Positions 24,197 through 36,516 of a stretch of DNA of 64,000 nucleotides are shown one piece after another. The notes under the pieces are model-generated. The model saw only the letters and a list, made by a program, of their open reading frames with translations. It made no database searches and had not been told where the DNA came from. Positions within the stretch are counted from its first letter, which is position 1; the number at the start of each line of letters is the position of its first letter. The position numbers and the translations under genes are program-made. Source of the stretch: Cyanophora paradoxa CCMP329 (lineage: Eukaryota; Plantae; Glaucophyta); assembly GCA_004431415.1 (NCBI GenBank), contig QPMI01000494.1, positions 124,001-188,000 on the forward strand, given 5' to 3'.

Positions 24197-26165
24197 AGGC
24201 CTCCTCCCCCGCCCTGACCGCCCCTCAGCTCTGCCTCTACGGAACTCCGCCCCGTACCCCTCCTGCTTCCTGCTGTTTCCTCCCCGCCTCTCCAATCCCG
24301 TACCCCCGCAGCCCAGCGCCCCGGCGAGATCCCCGAGCTGCGCCTCGGGTCCATCTTCCGGTGCTTCCCGTACCCCCATCGTACCCTGTACCCCCGCTTA
24401 CCCCGCACCCCCGCCGCGCAGGGGGGTACTGCACGTCCGCGTGGTCGAGGCGCGGAACCTTCGCCAGGCCGACGTCTTCTGTACCCCCGCTGCTCTTCTA
24501 TTTTCGCTTCGAGTCCCGCGTACCCCCGACCTCCTTCCCCCCCCCCTTCTCCTCCTCCCCCCGCAGCCAAGTCGGACCCTTTCTGCATCGTACGCGTGCG
24601 TGCGGCCCGCCCCTTCGGGGGGCTCTTGGGCCCGCCCACCGCCCTCATCGCGGCCCCGGCCCGCCGCCCCCTCGAATAATCTAGATGGGGGCGATTTTAG
24701 ATTAATATTGGTTCGGTCGCGCCCGGCCCGCGGCCGCCTCCCTGGGCCGAGGCCCCTTTCTCGGAGCCCTGGGCCCGCCTTTGCCCCCCCGCCCCTCCCC
24801 CCCGTCCTCCGCCCTGATCGCGCTGTTGGGCGGGGCGGGCAGCTGGGGCGGCGGCGGTACCGGACGCGCGTGCACGACAACACGCACGAGCCGCTCTGGG
24901 ACGAGCGCGTCCGGTGCGAGTCCAGGAGCCTTGATTATATACAATTAAGAAGCCTTAAGAAGCTTACGAGGCCTGAGGTTACAAGGCCTTAAGAAGCGTA
25001 TCAAACCGTCAAACTATCGCACGGGCCGCTCTGCGACGAGCGCGTCCGGTGCGCGTTTTGGAGCCTAAAGCTTAAGCTTAGGAAGCTTTAGAACAACTTC
25101 CCTCTCGGGGAAAAGCATCCCTCTTCGGCTCACGTGGGGGCCCGCCCGCCCGCCTCAGGTTCCGCATCGACGAGACCATCGGCTTCCCCACGGACCTCGA
25201 GGCGCGCCCTCTACCCCCTCCCCTTCTCCCCCCTCCTCTTCTTCCTCCTGCCTTATCTTATCTGATTTTCCTGTCCGTTCAGGTGCGGGTGTACGACTAC
25301 GACGCGGCGGGACCGGCGCGCTCGCTCGGCGTCGCATCCATCGACCTCGCGGGTGCTTAAAGATTCCTGCCCCGTTTCCTGCCATCGAATCGAACGAGTC
25401 CCGCTGGGAGGCCTAGGGGCAGGCTGGGCTGGGCCGAGCTGGGCCGGGGGGCGTTAGGGGGGGGAGGGGGGGGAAGGGAGCGAAGGGGAGGGGGGGAGGG
25501 GACTATTGAGGGACGTCCGCGGGCCTCGGCCCCCCCCCTGCTTGCGGTCTGAACTTCGATTTCATCTCTTTCGGGGCAGACGTACCCCCCAACGACAAGC
25601 GAGACCTCTGGCTCAAGCTCCACCAGACGACCAAGGCGCGCGTACCCCCTCCCCTTCAATTTCCTCCCCCCCCTCCTCCATGACCTGTACCCGCGCGCTC
25701 CCGCAGGGCGCCGTGCGGGTGGAGCTGCTCCTGGAGGAGGGGTACGCCAACAAGGGCCTGCCCTCCGAGGAGGTGTGCACCCGCACTCCCCTTTCCCGTA
25801 CCCCCCCTCGCTTACGCTTACGTACGCCTCACGCAGACGGGGCGCGAGGCGGAGGCGATGGAAGTGACGGACCCCGCCCAGGCTCGCCCCCCCCCCCCGT
25901 CCCCCAGCAGGGGTACCGGTCCCCATCTGAATGGGGTACGGCAGGAGCGACGGGAGAGCGCGCCGGACCTGCAGCGCCACGACCGTGGCAAGGGTACGTG
26001 GGGCGCCGAATTCGAATCAAATTAAAACCCGTGTGCGTACCGCTGACTTTCCCCTGGAACCCCCCCCCCCCTCCCCCTTCCTCAGTGGCGGAGGCGGCTT
26101 CGAAGACGGCCGGCGTGCTCTCGTACCCCGTCGTCAAGCCCCTCCGCAAGCTCCTCCGCCGCTAG
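21855..26165 (+). CDS. Synaptotagmin-like membrane-contact-site protein (N-terminal TM, SMP domain, C2 domain)
   Basis: TM FIGALCLSFFCFYLG. SMP motifs: DAERSVFLNKSLRKFW, IRSVEIGNKPPKIHSVK, PLWISLAKRPSFDLDVRPIG, VDLMDLPGLGSW, SSLIWPN. C2 motifs: GVLHVRVVEARNLRQADVF..SDPFC..RTRVHDNTHEPLWDE..VRVYDYD..LGVASIDL..WLKL..GAVRVEL. Stop 26163-26165. The start codon is uncertain. Confidence 0.85.
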
Positions 26166-26290
26166 CGCCTCTCCTTCCCCGGCGTCGACTCGGCGACGTC
26201 AAGGCCAGATCCGGACCCCGCCGGGCCCGGCCCCCTTGATCACAAGCTCAGCAGCCTCAGCTGCTTCCCCCCCCCCCCCCCCCTCCCTTT

Positions 26291-27556
26291 TCCGCCTGCA
26301 GATCTAGAAGCTTACGCAAGCACTGCGGTAGTGACACGCTGAATCAGCGGTCAGCTATATATAGCTATTGCAATTGACGAGAAAGATGCAATAAGCTGTG
26401 TATACATGTTATTAGACTTGGTAAAATAACGTCACACGGGCCAGGCGTCGACCGCACGCCACGTCAAACGAATCCATGCGCATGCGCTAACTGTTGAGCG
26501 GAGTGGCTCAGCTCGTGCTATAAATGAACATTGCGGCACAAGTGACACGCTTACATAGTCTTGCCGCCGGAAGGAGGGCAAGCGGAAGCTGAAACGATCA
26601 AACCCTGCACTGGCTGCCCTGAAACTACGGAAGCAGGTACGTATACGGAAGTGAACGCGCTGTCAACGGGTCCGGCGGGGCGCTGTACATTCACTCGCGC
26701 GGGCAGCGGCGCGGCGCGGCCTCAGTCGCGGCGCTTGCCGCCCTTGCCGCCGCCGGCCTTCTCGCCCTTGTCCGAGGCCTTGTCGGGGGCGGCGGCGCCC
26801 TTGCCGCCCTTGGGGGCCGCCGCGGGGGCCGGCGCGAGCGCCGCGATGCTCTTGCGCACCGTCTCCTCCAGCGGGTGCTTCGCGGCCCCCAGGATCTGCC
26901 CCCGCGCCCCTCAGGCCGGCCCGGGCCCCGGCCGCGGAGAAGAAAGGGGTACCCGGAGGGCCTGCTTGAAGACGAGGAGGGCGTCGTCGGTGCGGCCCCA
27001 GAGGCGCAGGTTCTCCCCCAGGTTGTTCAGGATCGTCCCGTAGTCTGGGGGAACGAGCGAGCGAACACTGAACTCGGGCCGGCCCGGCAGCGCAAAAGAA
27101 ACGCGTACCCGGGTGGTCCGGCCCGACGGTCGCCTTGAGGATCGTGAGGGCGCGCTGCGGTGCGGCGGGGCGGGCCGAGTCAGCAGAGGCGCCCCGAGAG
27201 CTTCGGGGGCGGGGCGGGGCGGGGCGGGGCGGGCCTGGAAGAAGGGGACGGCCTCGGCGTACTTGCCCTGGCTCCGCAGCACTGACGCCAGGTTGTTGCA
27301 GTCGATCGCTGCCGGCCCCCGCCTCGCGCCGGGCCGCGGGAGAGAGGGGCCGGGCGGGCGGGGCGGGCGCACCGACGTCGGGGTGGTTGGGGCCGAGGGC
27401 CTTCTCGTGGATGGCTGCGCGCGCGCCGGGGGCGTCAACGCGGCCGGCGGCGCGGCCAGGAGGGCGGGTCGAGCAGAAGGCCTAGGGCGGACCGAGGGCG
27501 CGGCGGTGGAGCTTGACGGCGGCGTCGTGCTGCTGCTGCGACTTGAAGAGCACCGC
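26291..27556 (-). pseudogene. Inverted partial copy of the NPHP3-like gene 3' end (last TPR exons, introns, stop, 3'UTR)
   Basis: Reverse complement matches 34634-35896. Encodes AVLFKSQQQHDAAVKLHRRAL...CNNLASVLRSQGKYAEA...YGTILNNLGENLR...GKRRD with TGA at 26722-26724. No clear start codon. Confidence 0.85.
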
Positions 27557-27983
27557 GAGCGCGTCGGCGATACCGCGAACAGCAAGAACAGCGCAGCAGG
27601 CCTAGCAGCTATAGGCCCAATCCTGCAGCTGTCCGCGATACGCCTCCCATACGAGCGCGAGGAACAGGAAGAACACGCAGCACTGCGGCAGCAGGCCCCA
27701 TCCTGCAGCTGTAGCTAGCTGCAGATTTCTCTAGAGAGCTCGAGGATCCGGAAGGCAGCGAATCGCAGGCTTCGCAGCACGCGGCGTTCGCATCCACCTA
27801 TACGGACGGCCACGCCGGCCAGAGGCTGGGCAGGCGGGAGCGGCTCGTAAGCGAAGCGGCCTTCAAACTTTGCTGCTGACTTTGCAGTCTTTGCAAGCTT
27901 GGCGGGTACAGCAAATACGTAATTTCGCTTCTTCCAACTTCCGACAAGGAAGCGACCGCTACGCTGAAGGGTGATCGCCGAGA

Positions 27984-30900
27984 ATGGGCAACGCCGCCTC
28001 CGGTACGGCAGCACGAGGCTCGCCCGATTCCGCGACAGCCGACCACCGCTCCCGCAGGCGCGCTGCCGGACGCGATAGAGCGCTGTCGACGCGAGAGAAC
28101 AGTGCGGGTGTACCTTTGCGCCACGTACAAGGTCCGCCGGGCTCGGCTGACGCGTAGTTCCTCCTGCCGAGCTTCTGCGTCCAGGGTCTCCTCAAGGAGC
28201 GGGAGCTGCTCCATGATCAGACGTTCCCGAAGCTCAACGATCTGTTCTTGAATCGCGGCTACCATTTCACGGTGGCGGACTTGCGGGACAAGCTAACGGA
28301 GAATGAGACTCCGACAGATCACTCTCTGACCGTCGCACTGTCCGAAATAGAGTGCGTAGCTAGATTCTTTCGCTGCTAGCTTCACCGTAAGCCGGTGACG
28401 CCGCCCCCCCGCAGGCGGAGCCGACCATTCTTCATCGCCGTGCTGGTGCGTCAGCTGTGCCACCGCCGGCTCCCGGGCCCCTCTGACTCGTCTCGCTCGC
28501 GCCTGGGACCGCAGGGCGACTCCTACGGTCCGTCGGCTCCGCTGCCGGACGCCGCCGGGCGTCCTAGCTAGCGCGCATTCGATCCGCCGCCGCAGGCTGG
28601 GCGCACGGCCAGAGGGAGGACCCGCTCCTGGCCGAGAACTTCAGGACAGCAGAAACTTACTTCCCCTTCGTCTCCGAATGCCACTCTAAGTCGTTCCTGG
28701 AGGCGCGCGCGCCCCCCCACCGCCCGCCGCGCCCACGCCGGCCGGCGCCGCTGACGCGCGGGCGCAGGTCGAGGTACTCGCAGGTGGGCTGCACCCCAGC
28801 ATGCGGGAGCTCGCCCGACCCTTCATCTATATCAAGGATCCCGGCCCGACCAAAGCACTCAACGGTGAGCGGGGCGCGCCGGCCGCTCGGGCGCGGGGCG
28901 GCGCCCGATCCCGCCCCGCGCAGAGGCCCAGAAGCAGGCGGGAGCAGATGCGACGCCGTACACGGCCGAGGAGCTCCGCGTGATGGCTCAGAAGATGGAA
29001 GAGCTGAAGCGCACCTGCCAGGCCGCGGGCTTCAAGGGTCCGGCCTTTTCCCGCCCGCCCCGCCCCGCCCCGCCGAGCCCCGCCCGGCCGAGCCGAGCCG
29101 GCCCCGCCGCAGTCTGTCGGCGCTTCAGAGACGAGAACGAGCTGGCCCGCATGGTCCTCGACGATCTGTCGGCCGTAGCCGCCCGCGAGCTGCCAGACGT
29201 CCGCCCGCCCCGCCCCGCCGGCCCCGCCCGCCCGCCCCCGCCTCGGGCCCCGCTCTGACCTGACCCTGGGGCGCGCCGCAGGGATCGCGGGAGGATCCCT
29301 GGGAGTTCGAGCGCGACGTCAACGAGGCGTTCGCGCAGGTTCGGATCCCGCGGGGCCCGCTTTCTGCCGCCCGCCCGCCCGCGCCCCGCCGACGCGGCGC
29401 GGCGTGACTCGCTCCCGCTCCCGCCGCAGAGCCGACTCTGGGCCTATCTGCCCCGCGCCCAGCTGCACGAGTCGCTCGACGCCTACGCGCAGGCGCGCCC
29501 GCCCACACGCCCCGCGCCTCCCCTCCTCCCGCCCGCCCTCTCCACTCGCCAACCAGGCGGGGCGGGGCGGACAGGCGCCGGCGGGCCGCGCGTGCGTCGT
29601 GTCGGGGCCGACTGGGAGCGGGAAGAGCAGCCTGCTGGCGAACTGGGGCGCCGAGCTGCGGCAGAGGAGCCCGCAGGACGCCGTCCTCCTCCACTTCATG
29701 CGGCCCTGCGACGCCGACTTCGGTGGCCCGGTGCCCCAGGACCACCGCCGGCTGCTCCGCCGCCTCTGCCACGAGGCCCGCGCCTGGGCCCTCCGCCGGG
29801 GCGCCCCGGACCCGGGCCCGGGGCCCGACGCCCAGCTCTTCGAGGTCGAGATCGGCCGCGACGTCGTCGTGCCCGTGCGCTCGCCTTGCACCCGTACCCT
29901 TAACAGGACCTCGCCCTGACGCCGGGGCGCCGCCAGCCGTCGCCGTTCGTGACGGGGGGCCCGGCGGTGGACGCGGGGCGCCCCGGCCTGGGGCGCGTGG
30001 CCCCGTCCCGCACCGACCTGGACCCGACCGAGGCGCCGGCGCTGCGCCGCCGCTTCACCGAGTGGATCGCCGCGGTGCTTACTTGCGCCTCGCCCGCCAC
30101 GCGACGCCTTCCCCGCTCCGCGGGCCGCCGCTGACCGGCCGGGGCGCAGGTGGCGGCGGCGGGCAAGGGCCGCGTGGCGCTGGTCGCGGACGGCCTGGAG
30201 TCGATCCCGGCGTGGCTGCCCGAGCAGCTGCCGCCCGGCTTCGTCGCGCTCCTCTCGACCTCCAGCGCCGAGGCCGTCGCCGAGGGCAAGGCGCGCGGCT
30301 GGGCCAGCGTCGAGATCCCCCCGCTCGCCAAGGACGAGCGCGAGGCCGGCATCCGGTCCGCCCCGCCCGCATTCCGCCCGCCCGCCTTCCGCCCGCCCGC
30401 CCGCCCGACGCTTCTTCTTAGGCTGTACCTCGACCGGCTCTTCGCGACGCTGTACCGGGAGCCCCCCCCGCTGGAGGAGCTCTCGGGGCAGCACGGCCGC
30501 CGCCCCGTCGTCGGCCTCCTCCACTCCGTCTCCTTCACCGGCGGCCAGCCCGCCCCCGCCCCCGCCCCCGCGGCCTCGCCCTCGCCGGCCCCCGACGCGC
30601 GCGCCGTGTCGCGGAGCCTGTCCGAGGCCAGCGCGGCGGCGCGCGCCTCGGTCCCGCACCTCGCGCTGGGGCCCTCGCCCTCGCCCTCCGTGCCGCCCTC
30701 GGCGTCCCTGGGCCCGCGGGGGCGCAGGCGCTCAGCGGCAGCTCCCGCGCCGGCTCCATCGCCGGCATCCGCAGCTCGTCGCAGGGCGGCCCCAACGACT
30801 CGGGCGCCGGCGTCTTCACCGACTCCGAGCGCTCCAAGCCCGCCTCCGCCCAGATGGGCCCGCCCGCCTCCTCTTCTTCGGGGCCCGCCCCGCCCCGCCC

Positions 30901-33900
30901 GCCCTCCATCCCGCCCCGGCCCCGGCCAAGGACGAGGCGGCGTCCGAGGAGGAAGACGAGGACGGCGGCTTCGTCATCGGGATCCCGGCCCCGCCCGCCT
31001 CGGAGCCCAAGCTGGCGGCGGCGCCGGGGAAGCCGCCCGTGCCGCCGGCGTCGGCGCCGCCGCCGGCGGCACCGGCGGCGCGCGCCGCGATCGCTGCGAA
31101 GGAGGCGCAGGCGGCGCAGGCGACCCAGCAGCAGCAGCAGCAGCAGGCAGGGTCATGGTGGGGCCCCCGCCGCGGCCCGGCCCCGCTGCCGCTCTTCAGC
31201 GTGCAGGGCGTCGTGCCGCTCACGCCGCGCGTCCCCGCGAGCGCCCGCGGCGCCGGCAAGCCCCTGCTCTTCGACCTCATCGGCCTCTCCAGCCCGCGCC
31301 TCGTCGCCGGCGCCACGCCGAGCGCCACCGCCGCCGCCGCAGCAGCAGCAGCCGCCGCCCAGCCGCCCAGCGAGCCGGCATCGCCCGAGCCAGAGCCGCT
31401 GCGGCTCGCCAATGGGCACGGGCCGAGCCCGAGCCCGCCGCCTGTCCCGCCCGAGGTGCTTGCCATGCAGGCCCTGGGCATGAACCGGCCCCGCACCGCC
31501 TCGGTGGGTCCTGCAATCCGTACCCCCCTGCACCCCGCGTGACTCACGCCCCCGGGGGGGGTACAGGTCATCGAGGCGGACGCCCTCGTCGCGGAGGCCG
31601 AGGCCGCCATGGAGGGCCGGGTACGCCCCCCCCTCCCCCCCCCCCCCCCCTCCCCGCAGCGGAACGCTTGGCTGACTGACGGCGGTACCCCCCCCCCTTT
31701 GTTCGCAGTTCGCGAAGGACCTGGACGTGATCGAGGAAGCCGACCTGACGCTGGCCGGCAAGATCGAGCCGCTGCCCGTGCCTGCGTCGGCCGCCGGCTC
31801 GGGCGCGAGCCGCCCGCCCTCCAACCCGCTGCCCCCGAACGTCGCGTCCATCCCCCTCCACGACATGCAGCCCACCGAGGACGGTGCGCCGCCTCTGGGG
31901 CGCGTACCCCCCCGCCGCTCATCCCCCCTCGCGCAGCCTTCCCCTCGGGGCGGGGGTCGGACGTCAGCTCCTCCCCCTCCTCGTCCCGCCCCGCCTCCTC
32001 GCAGCTGCCGCCCGCGCCGGCGGCCCCGGCTCCGGCCGTCCAGGCGGCGGCAGCAGCCGCGCGGGCGGCGGCGGCGGCGTCGCAGGCGCGGGGCCCGGCG
32101 GCTGCGGCGGCGGCAGCGGGGCCGATTCCGCGGCTGCCGGGGGCGGCCTCGGGCGCCCTCTGGCTCCGCATGTTCCTCGACGAGCTGCGCTTCTACGGCA
32201 CCTACCAGGCGCCCCTACCCCCCCGCTCCCTCCTCCCCCCACCCCCACCCTTTCCTGAGGCCCGAGGCAGCGGGTGGACGAGCGGATCCTGGGGTACCTC
32301 TCGGCGGAGGGCCCAGCGGAGCTCTGGCAGGCGATCCTGGCGCGCTGGGAGGCCGACTACGGCGCCGAGGCGCGCAGCCGTCCATCCCGCCCGCCCCGCC
32401 CGCCCGCCCGTTCGTCCATCTGACTTGGGCGCAGCTGGTGCGGGGGACGCTGCGGCTTCTGGCGCTCTCCCGCCTCGGCCTGTCCGAGGCGGAGCTGCGC
32501 GAGCTCGGCTCCGTCTCGGGGGGCGCCTGGGGCGCATTCCTCATGGCCGCCCGCCACTCCCTCTGGTCCGCCCGCTGTCGGCTGTGCCCGGCCGGCCGGC
32601 CGGCCTCGCCTCGCCTCACGGCTCGGCAGGGTCGGCTTCGGTCTGTACAACTTCTTCCACGGGTCGCTGCTGCAGGCGGCGCGGTCGCGCTACCTCGCAG
32701 CCGACGGGCCCGGGCCCGCCCGCGTCGCCGCCGAGCGCGACGCCCTCGAGGTGGGCGAGAGCGGGCGGGCGAGCCGGGCGAGCCGGGCGGGCGGGCTCAA
32801 ACTTGGGCTTACCTTGCGCCCCGGGCCGTGCCGCAGACGCACCGGCAGCTGGCGGAGCTCCTGCTGCGGAAGCTCTTCGCCCTCGGGCCCTCGGGCGATG
32901 CCTCCGCGCTCCTCTCCCGCGTCCGCCCGAACCGCTCTCGCCCCGCCCGCTCCTACCCAGCCTCCGGCTGAGACGTCGCCGCCACCGCAGCGGTCGGGGC
33001 GGGCGTACCGCGAGACGGCGCACCACCTGCTCTGCTCCGAGCAGTGGGCCGCCCTCGCCGCCTTCCTCTCCCGCTTCGAGGCCCGCTCCCCCCCCCCCCC
33101 CCCCCCCCCGCACGCCCCTTCTTCTAAGGTCCGACGGCCCGGCGGCGGGACAGGTGTGGGACCTGCTCTCGCACGACGCGTACAAGCACGAGCTCGTGCG
33201 CCTCTGGGAGCGCACCGCCGAGGGCGCCCTCGCCTCGGGCGGCATCACCCCGGAGACCGACGTCGTGCGCCGCGCCCCGTTCACTCCGCCCCGCTCTGCT
33301 CTGTTAGCTTAGCGGCGGCAGGTCGTGGCGCACCGGCGGATGCTGGAGGAATGGGAGCGCGCGGCGCGCCCGCAGCACGACGCCCTCCTCGACGTCCTCC
33401 GCCGCCTCTCCAACTTCATGCACCAGGCCCGCCCGCCCCCGCTCCCCCGCCCGCCTTGTTCTTCTTCTTTGACCTAGCTGGCGCAGGTGGGGCGCCCGGA
33501 CGGCTGCCTGTTCCTGTTCGACCGCTACGCCCACGCCGTCAAGGACACGCTCGGCGGCAAGGCGCGCCCCCGCCCGCCCGCCCGCCTTTCGCCGGGGCCG
33601 CCGCTGAGGGCGCGGGCGAGCGCGCAGGTTGTGGAGTCGGACCCGCGGGTGCAGGCCCTCGTCGAGCGCGCCCGCGCCGTCCGCATCGCCGCTGGCGTAC
33701 CCAAGGCGAGCCAGCGAGCGGGCGCGGGCGATCCCTTTGACTGAGGAGCCGCGCAGGACGTGATCGAGCATTTGGAGCGGCACCTCGCGGCGCTGGTCAA
33801 GGAGCGCGGGACCGAGGCCCCGGAGGTGGCCGAGGAGCTCGAAAAGGTGGGGCGGGCACCGGGCGGGAATCGGGAGGAAATCGGGAGGCGCTGATGGGGG

Positions 33901-35465
33901 CGCCCGGCCGGGCGCGTGCGCAGCTCGGGGGGTACTACGCGGGGGAGGGCCGGCCGCAGGACGCGGCGATGGCGCTGGCGAAGGCCGTCGCGCTGCGGGA
34001 GAAGCGGCACGGGCGGGAGGCCCTCGAGCTCGTCCCGCCCCTCCGCGCCCTCGCCCGCGTCCACCGCGCCCAGGCCCGCAGGCCGCCCGCCCTGCGCCTC
34101 CGCTCTGCTCTGCTCTGGCTGACCGACGGGGCGGGGGGCGCAGGGGGAGACTGAGAAGGCGGTGGCGCTGCTCACGCGGGCGCTGCAGCTGCGGGAGAAG
34201 CGGCTCGGGGCGCACGAGGCGGTCGCGGAGTCGCTGCAGGAGCTGGCGGGCGTGCACGAGGCGGCGGGGCGCGTGGAGGCGGCGATCCCGCTCCACCTCC
34301 GCCTCATCGCCCTCGAGTCGCAGCGCAAGGGCAAGCGCCACCCGGACGTCGGTCCGCCCGCCCGCCCGCCCGCCCCGCCCGCCCGCTCCGACGACCTGAC
34401 ATGTGTACAGCGACGCGGCTGTGCAACCTGGCGTACCTGTACGAGTGGTCGCGCAAGACGGCGCAGGCGTTCCGCCTCTACGAGGAGGCGCTGGCCATCG
34501 ATAGCGAGGCGCTCGGGCCCGACCACCCCATCGTCGGCACCGACGTGCGCCGGCGAGCGAGGCGAGGCTGGGGCGGTCCGAGGCTGACAGGCGGCGCGGG
34601 CCGGGCCGGGCCGGGGCGCAGATGTCGAACCTGGCGGTGCTCTTCGAGTCGCAGCAGCAGCACGACGCCGCCGTCAAGCTCCACCGCCGCGCCCTCGGTC
34701 CGCCCCATAGCTAGGCCTTCTGCTCGATCCGGCCGCGCTGACGCCCCCGGCCCGCGCGCAGCCATCCACGAGAAGGCCCTCGGCCCCAACCACCCCGACG
34801 TCGGTGCGCCCGCCCCGCCCGCCCGGCCCCTCTCTATTCTCGGCCCGGCGCGAGGCGGGGGCCGGCAGCGATCGACTGCAACAACCTGGCGTCGGTGCTG
34901 CGGAGCCAGGGCAAGTACGCCGAGGCCGTCCCCTTCTTCCAGGCCCGCCCCACCCCGCCCCGCCCCGCCCCGCCCCGCCCCCGAAGCTCTCGGGGCGCCT
35001 CTGCTGACTCGGCCCGCCCCGCCGCACCGCAGCGCGCCCTCACGATCCTCAAGGCGACCGTCGGGCCGGACCACCCGGGTACGCGTTTCTATTGCGCTGC
35101 CGGGCCGGGCCGAGTTCAATGTTCGCTCGTTCCTTCCCCCAGACTACGGGACGATCCTGAACAACCTGGGGGAGAACCTGCGCCTCTGGGGCCGCACCGA
35201 CGACGCCCTCCTCGTCTTCAAGCAGGCCCTCCGGGTACCCCTTTCTTCTCCGCGGCCGGGGCCCGGGCCGGCCTGAGGGGCGCGGGGGCAGATCCTGGGG
35301 GCCGCGAAGCACCCGCTGGAGGAGACGGTGCGCAAGAGCATCGCGGCGCTCGCGCCGGCCCCCGCGGCGGCCCCCAAGGGCGGCAAGGGCGCCGCCGCCC
35401 CCGACAAGGCCTCGGACAAGGGCGAGAAGGCCGGCGGCGGCAAGGGCGGCAAGCGCCGCGACTGA
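27984..35465 (+). CDS. Nephrocystin-3-like DUF4062 - NACHT (STAND NTPase) - TPR protein with N-myristoylation motif
   Basis: N-terminus and DUF4062-type region: MGNAAS|GALPDAIERCRRERTVRVYLCATYK|GLLKERELLHDQTFPKL..RGYHFTVADLR..LSEIE|RSRPFFIAVL|GDSY|GW. Walker A VVSGPTGSGKSSLLANW (~29596-29646) and Walker B VALVADGLE (~30173). ALWLRMFLDELR and SRLGLSEAEL helical/winged-helix motifs. TPRs LGAHEAVAESLQELA, HPDVATRLCNLAYLY, HPDVAIDCNNLA. TGA 35463-35465. Confidence 0.85.
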
Positions 35466-35896
35466 GGCCGCGCCGCGCCGCTGCCCGCGCGAGTGAATGT
35501 ACAGCGCCCCGCCGGACCCGTTGACAGCGCGTTCTTTTCCGATCCGTATACGTGCCAGCGTGCTTAGTTTCAGGGCAGCGAGTGCAGGGTTTGATCGTTA
35601 CAGCTTCCGCTTGCCCTCCTTCCGGCGGCAAGACTATGTACGCGTGTCATTCGTGCCGCAATGTTCATTTATAGCACGAGCCGAGCACTCCGCTCAACAG
35701 TTAGCGCATGGATTCGTTTGACTTGGCGTGCGGACGCCCGGCCCCCGTGACATCGTTATTTTACCAATTCTAATAACATGTACACAGCTTATTGCATCTT
35801 TCTCGTCAATTGCAACAGTTATATATAGCTGATCATGACCACTGATTCAGCGTGTCTGCCGCAGTGCTAGCGTAAGCTTCTAGATCTGCGGGCGGA
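34634..35896 (+). repeat. Right arm of ~1.26 kb inverted repeat (pairs with 26291-27556)
   Basis: Direct comparison of both arms, e.g. gcagatctagaagcttacgc at 26298 versus gcgtaagcttctagatctgc at 35870. Confidence 0.9.
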
Positions 35897-36516
35897 GGAT
35901 CGCCGGAGTGCCGAAGCCCTGGGTGGGTACCGGTCGGGGGTGTGGGGAAGAAATATTGAGGCCTTAATCCGATGATCATGCATATGATCGATCCTGATGG
36001 TCATGCATGCGCATATGATCATAAGCTGACCCGGCAGGGGAGCCGAATTAAGCTCAGCTTGAGCCGCTGAGCTGGATTCGGAAGTCATCGAATCGAATGA
36101 TATCGATATCACGTGCACAGCTGCGCACGCGCGCAGAATTCGTGGATGGGATTCCAACCTAAATTCAGTGGTCACTGATAATGATACTCATGTGCACACA
36201 CAGCGCTAGCATGACTCAGGGATGTAGTTCGCGAATAAAGGTAACATGAGAAAATATGGCCGGAGCGCAAACGCAGAATGAAGCCGTTCGCGAATACTCT
36301 GAACTGTCACATGGGAAAATAAGACACAGTGTAGACGAAATATTTCTGTACTGGGAGAGCACTGTCCCACTAGGAGATTTTATACATCGTAAGTTCTCTC
36401 AAAAACTGCATAGACAACAAAATATCAATCATAGAATCATCGAATACATGCATATGTACAGCTGCATACTGACAAGCTCACACAGCTTTATATCTATCTA
36501 TATATTGTAAGAACAC

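Noticed and set aside
27798-28265. Minus-strand ORF MVAAIQEQIVELRERL... as a novel N-terminus fused to the inverted TPR copy (chimeric gene)
   Set aside because: It is the antisense shadow of the + strand DUF4062 exons (RVYLCATYK, ERELLHDQTFPKL) of the NPHP3-like gene. An in-frame TAG lies just upstream of the duplicate's breakpoint.
29125-34677. Numerous long Arg/Pro/Gly/Ala-rich ORFs on both strands as overlapping genes
   Set aside because: Expected stop-codon scarcity at very high GC; no motifs; explained by the spliced + strand gene
26291-35896. Inverted arms as TIRs of a large transposon (Mutator/Polinton) carrying the NACHT gene
   Set aside because: Arms are the gene's own exons and UTR; no TSD seen at the outer ends; no transposase or integrase
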